In this document: piece after piece, positions 9,694 to 19,359 of the stretch
How the letters are laid out: each line of letters opens with the position of its first letter
Position numbering within the stretch: the stretch's first letter is position 1
Assembly: GCA_036379675.1 (NCBI GenBank)
Contig: DASVGF010000082.1
Location: 1-52,890 of the forward strand
DNA length: 52,890 nucleotides
Reading direction: 5' to 3'
From: Gemmatimonadales bacterium
GTDB taxonomy: Bacteria; Gemmatimonadota; Gemmatimonadetes; Gemmatimonadales; GWC2-71-9
Notes under the pieces: generated by a model
Databases searched by the model: none
What the model saw: the letters and a program-made list of their open reading frames with translations, nothing else
Told to the model about the DNA's origin: nothing
Translations under genes and position numbers: made by a program

Positions 9694-11772
9694 TCAATCC
9701 TCGCAGAGAGAAAGTGCGGTCAAAGTGGCGGCCCACGCTGCCGGATCCTCGGCTGGCGGGCTGCAGGTAAATCCGGAGCAGGCGTATCCCCGGGGGGCCG
9801 TACCCGCTCCTACCATGCCCTCCAAGGCCGGAGGGAGCCGCCGCTCGCCCGCCTGCCGCGGCTCGATTCTCTGGACCGCGCGCCGTGGCAGGAACCCGGC
9901 CAACGCCTGGCGGTGCATGGTGTCCGCTGCCGGATCGTCGGCATTGCCCACCACCACGAGATGGGTGGCCGGATTGAGGTGCCAGTCCACTCCCAACAGA
10001 TAGGTGGCGGCGTAGAGCCCGAGCTCGCGGGCCCGGCCGGCAAAGGCTCGCAGCAGCTCTTCGCCGCGCTCCTGCCAGCGTACCTCGCCGGTGAGCTCAT
10101 GGAGCCGGGCGCAGACGATGCCCGCGACGCCGTTGGGTGATGGCGTCGGGGTGTCCTGCACCGGCTTGGCCCTGGTGGGCAGCAGGCCCTCGGCCTCCGG
10201 CCGGCCCCTGGCGGTGTCGAACAGGCCTCCGCCATCGGGGTCGCGGTAGTCGCTCGACACTCGCTCCATCAGCCGCTCGCTCCACTCGAGCCAGGACCGA
10301 TCCCCCGTGGCTTCGTACGCGTCCAGCGCGGCGGAAGCGGCCTGGACCTGGTCGTCGAGCAGGCCGGAGATGCCGCCTGGCGTATGGGCGACGGCGTCGG
10401 GCTCGCGGCTCTCGCGGCGGAGGCGGTCCAGCGTCTTCAGCGCGTGAGTGCGACTCCAGTCGTCACCCAGCACCGCGCCCGCGCGCAGCAGGGCGGAGGC
10501 CATCATCGCATTCCAGTTGGTGTACCTCGTCCGATCGATGAAGGGCGCCTGCCGGCGTGCCCGCTCGGCGCGCAGCTTCTCCTGCGCTGAACGCAGCAGC
10601 GCCTCCGTGGCTTCCTCGGTGCGGCCGCTCCGCAGGGATATGGCCGGCACCGTGGCCGAGACGAAGAGGACGTTCTTCCCGGGGTGGTGCTGCATTTCCC
10701 CGGCCGTCCCGATGTCGTAGTACGCGCCGGCGACTTCCATCTCTTCGGAACTCAGCACGGCTGCCGCCTCTTCCCGGGTCCAGGTGAAGTAGTCGCCGTC
10801 ATCCTCCAACCCCACGTCGGCATCCTGGCTGGCGGCGTAGCCTCCCTGGCGATCGGCCATCACCTCGCGGACCCAGCGGACGATCCCTCGCGCTACCTCG
10901 GCGTATTCCTCGGTGCCGAACAGCGCAAAGGCATCCAGATACACCTTCAGGAGCTCCGAGTTGTCGTAGGACATCTTCTCGAAGTGGGGAACGATCCACT
11001 TGGCGTCCACGCTGTAGCGGTGAAAGCCGCCGGCGAGCTGGTCGTACACGCCACCCCGCGCCATGCCCTGGAGGGTCCGGTCGATGATGGTGCGGACCGG
11101 TTCGGAGGGCTGATCGTGCCAGCGACTCAGCAGCAGACTGATTGCCCCGGGATGGGGAAACTTCGGTTGGCTTCCAAAGCCACCGTTGACTGGGTCGAAG
11201 ACCCGCGTCATCTGATCCACGGCTTCGTCGAGCAATTCGGACGAGAGGTCTCCGGGTGAGGCCTCGTTGAGATCCTCCTCCAGAACCCTCCGGATGGCTT
11301 GCGCCTGGGCCTGGATCTGGTCCCGACGCCCCCGATATGCCTCGAGCACTCCCGCCAGGACGGAGCGGAAGCCGGGCCGGCCGTACTTCCCGTCAGGGGG
11401 GAAATAGGTTCCCCCGAAGAAGACTTCACCCTCGGGCGTAAGAAAGGCCGTGAGCGGCCAGCCACCCTGCCGGGTCAGGGCCTGTACTGCCCGCTGATAG
11501 CGGGCATCCACGTCGGGTCGCTCGTCCCGGTCAACCTTGATGCACACGAAGTGCTGGTTGAGGAACTCGGCCAGCTCCGGATTCTCGTACGACTCGCCGT
11601 CCATGACATGGCACCAGTGGCACCAGACCGCACCGATGTCGAGCAACACCGGCTTGTCGGCTGCCGCCGCCGCCGCAAAGGCGGCTTCTCCCCAGGGATA
11701 CCAGTGAATCGGCTGATGAGCCGCGGACTGGAGATAGGCTGAGCCGGCCTCGGCCAGACGGTTGGTTGCCAT
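9694..11772 (-). CDS. Thioredoxin-domain protein (DUF255/YyaL family; N-acylglucosamine 2-epimerase-like C-terminal domain)
   Basis: 692 aa. N-terminal [19 protein letters not shown] thioredoxin-like CxxC, then a long alpha/alpha-toroid-like region. Confidence 0.9.
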   Translation of the reverse strand: MATNRLAEAGSAYLQSAAHQPIHWYPWGEAAFAAAAAADKPVLLDIGAVWCHWCHVMDGESYENPELAEFLNQHFVCIKVDRDERPDVDARYQRAVQALTRQGGWPLTAFLTPEGEVFFGGTYFPPDGKYGRPGFRSVLAGVLEAYRGRRDQIQAQAQAIRRVLEEDLNEASPGDLSSELLDEAVDQMTRVFDPVNGGFGSQPKFPHPGAISLLLSRWHDQPSEPVRTIIDRTLQGMARGGVYDQLAGGFHRYSVDAKWIVPHFEKMSYDNSELLKVYLDAFALFGTEEYAEVARGIVRWVREVMADRQGGYAASQDADVGLEDDGDYFTWTREEAAAVLSSEEMEVAGAYYDIGTAGEMQHHPGKNVLFVSATVPAISLRSGRTEEATEALLRSAQEKLRAERARRQAPFIDRTRYTNWNAMMASALLRAGAVLGDDWSRTHALKTLDRLRRESREPDAVAHTPGGISGLLDDQVQAASAALDAYEATGDRSWLEWSERLMERVSSDYRDPDGGGLFDTARGRPEAEGLLPTRAKPVQDTPTPSPNGVAGIVCARLHELTGEVRWQERGEELLRAFAGRARELGLYAATYLLGVDWHLNPATHLVVVGNADDPAADTMHRQALAGFLPRRAVQRIEPRQAGERRLPPALEGMVGAGTAPRGYACSGFTCSPPAEDPAAWAATLTALSLCED

Positions 11773-11863
11773 TGGGGAAAGTTACCAAGAGTGGGTGCTG
11801 CCGGCGTGACTTTCGACCAGCAGGAGGTATTCTTCGGCCTGGATTTTTGCCGGAGGATGGCGG

Positions 11864-12625
11864 ATGCTCGGACTGGAAGAATGGCTGGGCCGGGTCTTGG
11901 GCAGCAGCGGGATGCCGCTGACGGTGGCGGCCATCCTGGGCCTCCGCCACGCCACCGATCCGGACCACCTGACGGCGGTATCCACCCTGATTTTGGGGAA
12001 CCCCGGGAACGGTGCAAGGCGAGCGGGAACGCTGGGTCTGGCGTGGGGTCTCGGGCATGCCATGACGTTGCTGATCTTCGGCTTGCCGGCCGTGCTGTTT
12101 CGCCAGTACCTCCCGGCCGGCCTGCTCAGGGCCGCGGAGGTAGCCATCGGGGTGGCGATCACTTTCCTGGCCGGCCGGCTGCTGTTGCGCTGGGTGCGCG
12201 GGTCCTTCCACAGCCATTCGCACAGCCATAACGGCTTGGAGCACTCGCACCCGCATGTCCATGAGGCCGCCCACCACATGGCTGGGCACTCCCATTCGCA
12301 CGCCGAGAGCCTGGGGCGCTCACCGCTCGCCGCGTTCGGGATCGGCCTGGTTCACGGACTCGGCGGGTCTGCGGGGTGGGGAATTCTGGTGGTTGGCGCG
12401 GCGCCCTCCCAGTCTCACGCAGTTGCGGCGCTGGTTCTCTTTGCGGGCGGGACAGCGCTCTCGATGGCGCTGGTCTCCTGGACGTTCGGGTATGCCCTGG
12501 GGCGCCGGCCGGTGGCACGACGGATCACGTCCGTCGTGCCTCTCCTGGCCGGTGTGAGTCTGTTGTTCGGGGCCTGGTATGCGCTGGACGCGCTGGGTGG
12601 CTTGCCGCTACTTCTGCCGCAGTGA
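11864..12625 (+). CDS. Nickel/cobalt-type transporter family membrane protein with a His-rich loop
   Basis: ATG 11864 behind GGAGGA. LGLRHATDPDHL signature helix. Loop HSHSHSHNGLEHSHPHVHEAAHHMAGHSHSH. Multiple TM segments. Confidence 0.7.
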   Translation: MLGLEEWLGRVLGSSGMPLTVAAILGLRHATDPDHLTAVSTLILGNPGNGARRAGTLGLAWGLGHAMTLLIFGLPAVLFRQYLPAGLLRAAEVAIGVAITFLAGRLLLRWVRGSFHSHSHSHNGLEHSHPHVHEAAHHMAGHSHSHAESLGRSPLAAFGIGLVHGLGGSAGWGILVVGAAPSQSHAVAALVLFAGGTALSMALVSWTFGYALGRRPVARRITSVVPLLAGVSLLFGAWYALDALGGLPLLLPQ

Positions 12626-13048
12626 ATAGACGTACGCCGCCACTGCCTTCACGTCGTCATCGGTAAGCGCAGCGCCGCCTTTCGGTGGCATCGCGATGCC
12701 GCTCTTCGACTCTTCTTTCGGCACGCCGTGGATGACCTGGGCGGTGATCTCCTCCAGGGTCCCCTTGCTGTGGATCCAGGTGTCGTCGGCGAGACTCGGG
12801 GCTATGGAGCCCGCGCCCTTTGACCCGTGGCAGGCGTAACAGTTTCCCGGCCCGTTGAAGACGGCCTCTCCGCGGGCGACCAGAGCGCTGGCCGGCGACC
12901 CCGCATCCGTCGGGGCAGGTGCCGTGGTGTCCGACGCCTGCTTGGGCTGGCTGGTGGTCGAGGGGTCCGAAGTAGACTGGGCGGCCAGAGGTGCCGCTCC
13001 GGCCATCGCCAGCAAGGCGACGAGACCGAACTGAGACCGCATGTCCAT
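12608..13048 (-). CDS. Class I c-type cytochrome, secreted
   Basis: Signal peptide MDMRSQFGLVALLAMAGAAPLAAQ, heme motif CYACHG, and a distal Met region (GIAMPPKG). GGAG lies 7 nt before the ATG. The 3' end overlaps the convergent transporter gene by 18 bp. Confidence 0.8.
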   Translation of the reverse strand: MDMRSQFGLVALLAMAGAAPLAAQSTSDPSTTSQPKQASDTTAPAPTDAGSPASALVARGEAVFNGPGNCYACHGSKGAGSIAPSLADDTWIHSKGTLEEITAQVIHGVPKEESKSGIAMPPKGGAALTDDDVKAVAAYVYSLRQK

Positions 13049-13079
13049 CGAAAGCTCCTGAGGGGTAAACGACCCATCA

Positions 13080-13107
13080 GATATACCCCGGGAGCGGGAT
13101 TGGTCAA
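13080..13107 (-). promoter_or_regulatory. Putative sigma70-type promoter for the cytochrome c gene
   Basis: On the minus strand: TTGACC (13107-13102), 16 nt, TATATC (13085-13080), about 32 nt upstream of the ATG. Confidence 0.3.
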
Positions 13108-13112
13108 GCCTG

Positions 13113-14633
13113 CTACAAGCCCGGTGGCAATGGCCGGATCTCTACCCGGCGGTTCAGCGCCCGGCCACGCGGACTGTTATCCGGTGTGCGAGGCATGGCG
13201 GCGCCATATCCTCGCGCCACCACCTGCTGGAACGGGACTCCCTTGGCCAGCAGATAATTGCGGACCGCCTCCGCCCTCAGGGTGGAGAGATGCTGGTTGT
13301 CGGCCGGTGACCCCGCGTTGTCGGTATGCCCGCCGATCTCGACTCGGAGATTCGGGTTTGCCAGGAGGACCTTTGCGATCGAGTCGAGCTCCACATAGGA
13401 GCCCGGCTGAAGACGCGCGCTGCCGGTTGCGAACGACACGCCCTCCAGCACCATCGGAGCCCCGTACGAGGGGGCCGGCGCGGGAGCGGGGGCTGGTGGC
13501 TCTGCCGCGCGTTGCGGAGCGGTATCCGCCGGGGCCGGGGCCGGTGCCGCTCTTCCGGTCTGGCCGCGGGGACATCCGTTCGGGCCCACGGTGACGCCGG
13601 CGGGACTGCGGGGGCAGCGGTCGAGACCGTCGAGGACGCCGTCCCCGTCCTCGTCGCCTGGGCATCCCAGCGCATCGACGGTGGCGCCGCGCGGCGTGTC
13701 GGAGCAGCGGTCGAGCCCGTCCGGAATCTTGTCGCCATCGCTGTCCCGGGGACAGCCGGTCGAGTCCACCAGCACGCCCGCCGGGGTATCGGGGCACCGG
13801 TCCACTCCATCGGCGATGTTGTCGCCATCGCCATCGCTCGGACATCCGCGGGTGTCCACGGTGGCGCCGAGCGGCGTGTTGGGACAGCGGTCCACCCCGT
13901 TGGCCACGCCGTCGCTGTCGTTGTCTACCGGGCAGCCCCGGCTGTCCACCTGCGCGCCTGACGAGGTGTTGGCGCAGCGATCGCGCTTGTTGGGGACGCC
14001 ATCGGCATCGCTGTCGGGAAGCGGCTTGCTTCCCAGCATGTAGCTCAGCCCGATGTTCAGCCCGTAGTTGGTAAAGTTCACTTCGCCTGGTACGCCGCCT
14101 ACGGACGTGCTGCCCTTGTTGGGATAGATGGCAACTTCACCGCGAGCCAGTAGCTCGGGTGTCAGCCCGACGCGCACGCCGAGGCCGACTACATAGGAGG
14201 TGGTGTTGCCACAGATGATGGCGCCCACGCAGTTGCCGGGATCGGCGTAGCGAGTTCCTCCGTAGCCCAGCTTCCCATACCCCCAGCTGCGTGCGCCCAG
14301 CGGAATATTGTACAGCAGCGAGCCGTAGCCTGACTTTACGCTTACTCCCGTGTCGGTGCTTTTAGTCTTTGGCTTGCCGGTCCAGCCCTCAGCCTCCAGC
14401 GACAGATTGAATGGGAGCCAGACGGCGATCCGGCCCAGTGCTCCGAGTGCTCCGCCGAGATCGGTAACCAGCGAGTCGCCGAATGCCTGGTAGGCCCCAG
14501 CGGCGCCGATCTCGATGAGATACTTCCGCTCCTGCGACACGGCGGGCGTCTGGTAAATAAGGCTCAACACAACAATGCCCAGGAGCCGCAGCGCCCGGGC
14601 CTTTTCCCCGGCGGGGAACCAGTAGGTTCGCAT
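13113..14633 (-). CDS. OmpA-family outer membrane protein with a thrombospondin type-3 (Ca-binding) repeat region
   Basis: Signal peptide, an N-terminal beta-barrel-like region, six DxDxDG...DRCP repeats, a Pro/Ala linker, and a C-terminal OmpA domain (GHTDNAGSPADNQHLSTLRAEAV). Confidence 0.85.
   Translation of the reverse strand: MRTYWFPAGEKARALRLLGIVVLSLIYQTPAVSQERKYLIEIGAAGAYQAFGDSLVTDLGGALGALGRIAVWLPFNLSLEAEGWTGKPKTKSTDTGVSVKSGYGSLLYNIPLGARSWGYGKLGYGGTRYADPGNCVGAIICGNTTSYVVGLGVRVGLTPELLARGEVAIYPNKGSTSVGGVPGEVNFTNYGLNIGLSYMLGSKPLPDSDADGVPNKRDRCANTSSGAQVDSRGCPVDNDSDGVANGVDRCPNTPLGATVDTRGCPSDGDGDNIADGVDRCPDTPAGVLVDSTGCPRDSDGDKIPDGLDRCSDTPRGATVDALGCPGDEDGDGVLDGLDRCPRSPAGVTVGPNGCPRGQTGRAAPAPAPADTAPQRAAEPPAPAPAPAPSYGAPMVLEGVSFATGSARLQPGSYVELDSIAKVLLANPNLRVEIGGHTDNAGSPADNQHLSTLRAEAVRNYLLAKGVPFQQVVARGYGAAMPRTPDNSPRGRALNRRVEIRPLPPGL
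13572..14015 (-). repeat. Six tandem ~23-24 codon TSP3-like coding repeats inside the OmpA-family gene
   Basis: Protein repeats: DSDADGVPNKRDRCANTSSGAQVDSRGCP / DNDSDGVANGVDRCPNTPLGATVDTRGCP / DGDGDNIADGVDRCPDTPAGVLVDSTGCP / DSDGDKIPDGLDRCSDTPRGATVDALGCP / DEDGDGVLDGLDRCPRSPAGVTVGPNGCP. Confidence 0.8.
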
Positions 14634-14698
14634 GGGTCAAATAGATACGGCGGACTGCACAGCCTGACAAGGAGCGCCGTCACATCGGGCCGGTCCCC

Positions 14699-14727
14699 TT
14701 GGCATCTTCCGAGGGGCACACTACGAT
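14699..14727 (+). promoter_or_regulatory. Putative sigma70-type promoter for the selenoprotein-pfk unit
   Basis: TTGGCA (14699-14704), 17 nt, TACGAT (14722-14727), about 43 nt before ATG 14770. Confidence 0.3.
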
Positions 14728-14769
14728 TCGCGGCGGTTCCCTGTCGCCCTCGAACAAGGTGCTAGCCGG

Positions 14770-15006
14770 ATGCATGTGATTATCCAGTACTGCGTTGTCT
14801 GAAACTACCTTCCTCGAGCCACCGGTCTGGCGGCGGAGCTGAAGCAGGCTTATCCGGAGGCTGAGATCAAGCTGATCCAGTCGTCCGGGGGAGTGTTCGA
14901 CGTGACGGTGGACGGCAAACTGGTGTTCTCCAAGAAGGCCGCGCGGCGGCACGCCGAGCCGGGAGAGGTCCTGAAAGCAATCCAGCAGGCGATAGGCGGT
15001 CAGTGA
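14770..15006 (+). CDS. SelW/SelT/SelH (Rdx) family selenoprotein, 78 aa, with in-frame UGA (Sec) at 14800-14802
   Basis: Hand translation: MHVIIQYCVV[U]NYLPRATGLAAELKQAYPEAEIKLIQSSGGVFDVTVDGKLVFSKKAARRHAEPGEVLKAIQQAIGGQ*. The CxxU sits in the family's redox motif position, and GGVFDVTVDGKLVFSK matches the family core. Missed by the ORF track because of the TGA. The stop is 3 nt before the pfk ATG. Confidence 0.8.
14809..14844 (+). promoter_or_regulatory. Candidate bacterial SECIS stem-loop
   Basis: It begins 7 nt after the UGA. Paired segments are CUUC/GAAG, CUC/GAG and GCCA/UGGC. The apical loop CCGGUC carries GGU about 22-24 nt downstream of the UGA. Confidence 0.5.
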
Positions 15007-15009
15007 CCG

Positions 15010-16089
15010 ATGCGTATTGCCATCTCCACCGGAGGCGGTGACGCCCCCGGCCTGAACGCCGTCATACGCGCCGTGGTACTGTCGGCCCATAATCGCGGCT
15101 GGCAGACGTACGGTATCCAACGCGGCTACGAAGGCCTGCTCAACTTCAATGGGGTGGTGCCCCTGGGGCCGGCCCAGGTTCGCGGCATCACCCACCTCGG
15201 CGGCACCATTCTCGGCACGACCAATCGGGGCAACCCCTTCCGCTACGTAATGAAAAACGAGGCGGGGGAGGAGTACGAGATCGACCGCTCGGACGACCTC
15301 GTCGCGGCGTTCCAGGCGAGCGGGTTCGATGCGCTGGTCTCGATCGGCGGGGACGGCAGCTTGCAGATCTCGTACGAGCTCTGGAAAAAGGGCCTGCCGG
15401 TGGTCTGCGTTCCCAAGACCATCGACAATGACGTCAGTGGCACCCAGCGCACCTTCGGCTTCGACACCGCCGTCAGTACGGCCACCGAGGCCATCGACCG
15501 GCTGCACTCGACGGCGGAAAGCCACGACCGGGTGATGGTGGTCGAGCTGATGGGCCGCTACGCGGGATGGATTGCCCTGTACAGCGGCCTGTCCGGTAGC
15601 GCCGATGTCATCCTGCTGCCCGAGATTCCGTTCGACATCGAAAAGGTTGTGGCCAAGATCCGGAGCCGCGAGGCTCAGGGTCGGCGCTTCAGCATCGTGG
15701 TGGTGGCTGAGGGTGCGCGGTCAAAGGACGGCGCCATCGAGCTGGTCGAGCGGCGCGGAGTCGGTACGGTGGACCGTCTGGGGGGAATCGGCAGCAAGGT
15801 GGCGCGGGCCATTGAGTACCACACCGGCAAGGAAACCCGGACACTGGTGCTCGGCCACCTGCAGCGGGGGGGCTCACCCACCACCTACGACCGGCTCCTC
15901 GCGCTTCGTTTTGGCGCCGCCGCGGTGCGCGCTGTGGGCGAAGGAGCCTTCGGCGTCATGGTGGGGCTCAAGGGACCGGGCATCGAGCAGATCCCGCTGG
16001 AGGAGGTAGTAGGCAAGCCCAGAAACGTTCCGCTCGACTCCGACACCATCGCCACCGCGCGTGAGCTCGGAATCAGCCTGGGGGACTGA
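15010..16089 (+). CDS. pfkA: ATP-dependent 6-phosphofructokinase
   Basis: MRIAISTGGGDAPGLNAVIRAVV, IGGDGSLQ, VPKTIDND and MGRYAGWIAL motifs. 359 aa. Confidence 0.9.
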   Translation: MRIAISTGGGDAPGLNAVIRAVVLSAHNRGWQTYGIQRGYEGLLNFNGVVPLGPAQVRGITHLGGTILGTTNRGNPFRYVMKNEAGEEYEIDRSDDLVAAFQASGFDALVSIGGDGSLQISYELWKKGLPVVCVPKTIDNDVSGTQRTFGFDTAVSTATEAIDRLHSTAESHDRVMVVELMGRYAGWIALYSGLSGSADVILLPEIPFDIEKVVAKIRSREAQGRRFSIVVVAEGARSKDGAIELVERRGVGTVDRLGGIGSKVARAIEYHTGKETRTLVLGHLQRGGSPTTYDRLLALRFGAAAVRAVGEGAFGVMVGLKGPGIEQIPLEEVVGKPRNVPLDSDTIATARELGISLGD

Positions 16090-16114
16090 TCTCCCCGTGG
16101 CGAACTCCCTTCCT

Positions 16115-18154
16115 ATGCGCGCGTACCCAGAAACTCCCGCTTACGACCTCGAGGATGTGCTGCATGGGGAGACCATCGCCGACCCATATCGCTGGCTGGA
16201 GGACGGAGACGCGCCCGAGACCCGGCGCTGGACCGAGGAGCAGAATGCGCTCACCCAGGCGCACCTGGCCGCTGTCCCGGGGCGCGAGCGCATTCGGGCA
16301 CGGCTGGAACAGCTGCTTTCGATCGGCGTCCTGGGTGCGCCGACCCCGGTGCGCGGGCGCTACTTCTATCTCCGCCGCGAAGGCCGCCAGAACCAGCCGG
16401 TTCTCTACTGGCGCGACGGCGTGGCCGGCGACGACCGGGTGGCCGTGGACCCCAACACCCTCAACGAGTCAGGCACCACCGCCCTCGACTGGCATTATCC
16501 GAGCACGGATGGACGGTTCCTGGCCTTTGGGCTCTCCGAGAACGGCAACGAGCAGAGCGTGCTCCATGTGATGGACCTGGAGAGCGGGCGGGAGCTGCCC
16601 GACCAGATTACCCGGATGCGGGCCGCGTCCCTGGCGTGGCTCCCCGACAGCAGCGGCTTCTACTACACCCGCTATCCCGCTGCCGATCTGGTTCCCGCCG
16701 GCGAGGATCAGTACCACCGGGCAGTCTACTTTCACCGTCTGGGCACCGATCCGGAGCAGGATCCCCTGGTCTTCAAGCCGGCGGAGAAAGAGCACTGGCC
16801 GGGGATAAGCCTCTCACCCGACGGCCGCTGGCTCGTAGTGAGTGTCGCGCGCACGTTCGATCAAACCGATCTGTATCTGCGGGATCTCGCTTCGAATGGC
16901 GAGCTGGTGGCCGTGGCTCGCGACCTGGCGGCCTCCTTCGAGGGCGAGGTGGCCCATGGCAGGCTCTTCCTGCGCACCAACCTCGGCGCCCCGACCTACC
17001 GGCTGTATGTCGTGGATCCGGAGCGCTCTGACCAGAGCGCCTGGCGAGAGATCGTGCCACCTCGGAAAGAGGCGGTGCTGGAGGGAGCGGCCATAGCGCA
17101 GGACCGGCTGGCCCTCAGCTACCTCGAGCGTGCCTCCTCGCGCCTCCGCCTGACCGATCTGGACGGCCGTCTGATTCAGGATGTCGCACTCCCCACGCTC
17201 GGCAGCGTGTTCGGCACCGGCGCCGAGTGGAACGGGCGCGAGCTGTTCTACGGCTTCTCGTCGTACACGGTGCCTCCCAGCGTCTATCGCATCGATCTCA
17301 CCACCGGCGACACGATCCTCTGGCGGGGTGTCGAGGCCGGCGTGGACTCGAGCGAGCTCGAGGTCCGTCAGGTGAGCTACCCCTCCAGAGACGGAACCCC
17401 GATCTCGATGTTCCTGGTCCATCGCCGGGGGCTGGCCAGGGACGGTGCCAACCCCACCTACCTCACTGGATACGGCGGCTTCAACATCAGCATGACGCCG
17501 GCGTTTTCCCGATCCCTGCTTCTGTGGTTGGAGCATGGTGGTGTGGTGGCCGTCCCCAACATCCGTGGAGGAGGCGAGTATGGCGAGAGCTGGCATCAGG
17601 CGGGCATCCTGGGGAGCAAGCAGAACAGCTTCGACGACTTCATCGGTGCAGCCGAGTGGCTGATCCGGGAAGGGTATACCCGGTCCGACCGGCTGGCGGC
17701 TGCCGGCGGATCCAATGGCGGACTGCTGGTCGGCGCGGTCCTGACCCAGCGGCCTGAGCTGTTCCGCGCCGTCCTGGTTCAGGTCCCGCTCCTCGACATG
17801 CTTCGGTACCACCGGTTCCTGATCGCGCGCCTGTGGATTCCGGAGTACGGCTCCGCCGACGATCCTGAGCAGTTTCGCTGGCTGAAGGCCTACTCGCCCT
17901 ACCACCATGTGCGTCAGGGAGTGGCCTACCCGGCGGTCCTGCTCGCCACCGCGGAGAGCGATACCAGGGTGGACCCGATGCACGCCCGGAAAATGGCGGC
18001 TCGGCTTCAGGCCGCCACCTCCGGTGACCGTCCGGTACTGCTTCGCCTGGAGTCCCGGGCAGGGCATGGAGCCGGCAAACCGCTGTCCAAAGTGCTCGAC
18101 GAGCTGACGGACAGCTGGACCTTTGTATTTTCGGAGCTGGGGGTTGAGGTTTGA
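16115..18154 (+). CDS. Prolyl oligopeptidase (S9A serine peptidase)
   Basis: ORF 16061..18154. The likely start is ATG 16115 (GTG 16097 is an alternative). DPYRWLED N-terminal motif, beta-propeller region, catalytic GGSNGGLL Ser motif, and C-terminal GHG. Confidence 0.9.
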   Translation: MRAYPETPAYDLEDVLHGETIADPYRWLEDGDAPETRRWTEEQNALTQAHLAAVPGRERIRARLEQLLSIGVLGAPTPVRGRYFYLRREGRQNQPVLYWRDGVAGDDRVAVDPNTLNESGTTALDWHYPSTDGRFLAFGLSENGNEQSVLHVMDLESGRELPDQITRMRAASLAWLPDSSGFYYTRYPAADLVPAGEDQYHRAVYFHRLGTDPEQDPLVFKPAEKEHWPGISLSPDGRWLVVSVARTFDQTDLYLRDLASNGELVAVARDLAASFEGEVAHGRLFLRTNLGAPTYRLYVVDPERSDQSAWREIVPPRKEAVLEGAAIAQDRLALSYLERASSRLRLTDLDGRLIQDVALPTLGSVFGTGAEWNGRELFYGFSSYTVPPSVYRIDLTTGDTILWRGVEAGVDSSELEVRQVSYPSRDGTPISMFLVHRRGLARDGANPTYLTGYGGFNISMTPAFSRSLLLWLEHGGVVAVPNIRGGGEYGESWHQAGILGSKQNSFDDFIGAAEWLIREGYTRSDRLAAAGGSNGGLLVGAVLTQRPELFRAVLVQVPLLDMLRYHRFLIARLWIPEYGSADDPEQFRWLKAYSPYHHVRQGVAYPAVLLATAESDTRVDPMHARKMAARLQAATSGDRPVLLRLESRAGHGAGKPLSKVLDELTDSWTFVFSELGVEV

Positions 18155-18183
18155 GGCAGCTCTCCAGAAAGGAACCGGCACCG

Positions 18184-18729
18184 ATGAGCTATCCATCCCG
18201 ACCTGTCACCGTGAGCATGAGCCATCCCGCTGAATGGCTCGCGGTCCTGCGCATCGTCGTAGGACTGTATTTCGTCAAATCGCTGGTGACCAAAATGACG
18301 GTGGTCATGGTGGGGGGAGTACTGCCCATTCCGGCGGTCTCGGAGCGCTGGCTCACCGTCATGCCCAAGATCGTGAGCAAGCAGGCCTCCGACAATCCCA
18401 TCGCCTTCTACAAGAATTTCCTGGAGGGAACGGTACTCACCCAGAGCTCCACCTTCGCCCAGCTGACCGCGTGGGGTGAGACGGTCGTGGGAATCGGGCT
18501 GACGCTCGGCCTGCTGACTGGATTGGCGTCGCTGGTGGGGCTGTTTCTGGTGGCCAACTACGGGCTGGCAACACAGTGGATGTCCCCCGGGCAGCAGGGC
18601 TTTCACCTGGTGCTGTTCTTCCTGATGCTGGCGTTCTTCCTTGCCCGGGCGGGGCGAACCTGGGGTCTCGACGGCTGGCTGGCCCGCCGGAGGCCCCGGT
18701 CACTGCTGGCTCGGCGGCCGATGTCTTGA
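18184..18729 (+). CDS. DoxX-like integral membrane protein
   Basis: ORF 18151..18729. Four hydrophobic helices (LAVLRIVVGLYFV..., GETVVGIGLTLGLL...) resemble the DoxX/DoxD family. The start is uncertain (18151 or 18184). Confidence 0.5.
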   Translation: MSYPSRPVTVSMSHPAEWLAVLRIVVGLYFVKSLVTKMTVVMVGGVLPIPAVSERWLTVMPKIVSKQASDNPIAFYKNFLEGTVLTQSSTFAQLTAWGETVVGIGLTLGLLTGLASLVGLFLVANYGLATQWMSPGQQGFHLVLFFLMLAFFLARAGRTWGLDGWLARRRPRSLLARRPMS

Positions 18730-18732
18730 GCC

Positions 18733-19359
18733 TTACCGCACCAACCTGGGGCTCGCTCGCATTCCACCTACCACTCCGTCCGCCTCGCAGTGTGCGTCGT
18801 CCTCGCTGTAAACCACGCAGAACACCCCGTCAGCATGCCAGCGATCATACCAGAGTCGCATGGCAATCCGGTCCTGAGCGGAGAACCGGGTGGAGGGCCG
18901 GTCATCGGTGTACATGGCGATGTGGCTGTGGACGGTACCGGACCACTGAGGCGGGCCGCACGTGTCCACCGACGCGACGGCGGAGATGCCCATCGAGTCC
19001 GCGTCCTCGGGAGGGAGCGGCGCAATGGCGGTGACGAACACCGTGTCATTGCGGATCGTGGCGGCGAGGCAGGCCACGCGCTCCTCCCGCGCCGCCAGAC
19101 TGGCATACCAGAGCTCCCGGAGCGCGTGCCCCGCTTCCTTGCTGAACCGGAACTTGGCCCGGGACGTAGCCGCCTGATGCTGGGCCGCGAGCGGCGCGGT
19201 CCACCCCGCCAGCAGGAGCAGGAACAGCGTGCCGTGCCGCAGGAGCGCGGGGGTCAGTAGCGCGAGCGGGGAAAGAGTACCGCGCCGCGGGGGCCTTCGA
19301 TCTCGCAGATGACCTCCTGAGCGGTATACAGCAGACAGAAGATCCCGTCCACCTTCCAT
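18733..19359 (-). CDS. Secreted Cys-containing JAB/MPN-like protein, paralog 2 (last gene of the xox operon)
   Basis: This is the C-terminal part of ORF 18733..20112. The first canonical in-frame ATG is at 19359. A signal-peptide-like TPALLRHGTLFLLLLAGWTAPLAAQ begins at a CTG (19257) overlapping the paralog-1 stop (CTGA). Core: ERVACLA...DSMGISA...CGPPQWSGTVHSH...FSAQDR...DGVFC...CE. Confidence 0.55.
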   Translation of the reverse strand: MEGGRDLLSAVYRSGGHLRDRRPPRRGTLSPLALLTPALLRHGTLFLLLLAGWTAPLAAQHQAATSRAKFRFSKEAGHALRELWYASLAAREERVACLAATIRNDTVFVTAIAPLPPEDADSMGISAVASVDTCGPPQWSGTVHSHIAMYTDDRPSTRFSAQDRIAMRLWYDRWHADGVFCVVYSEDDAHCEADGVVGGMRASPRLVR

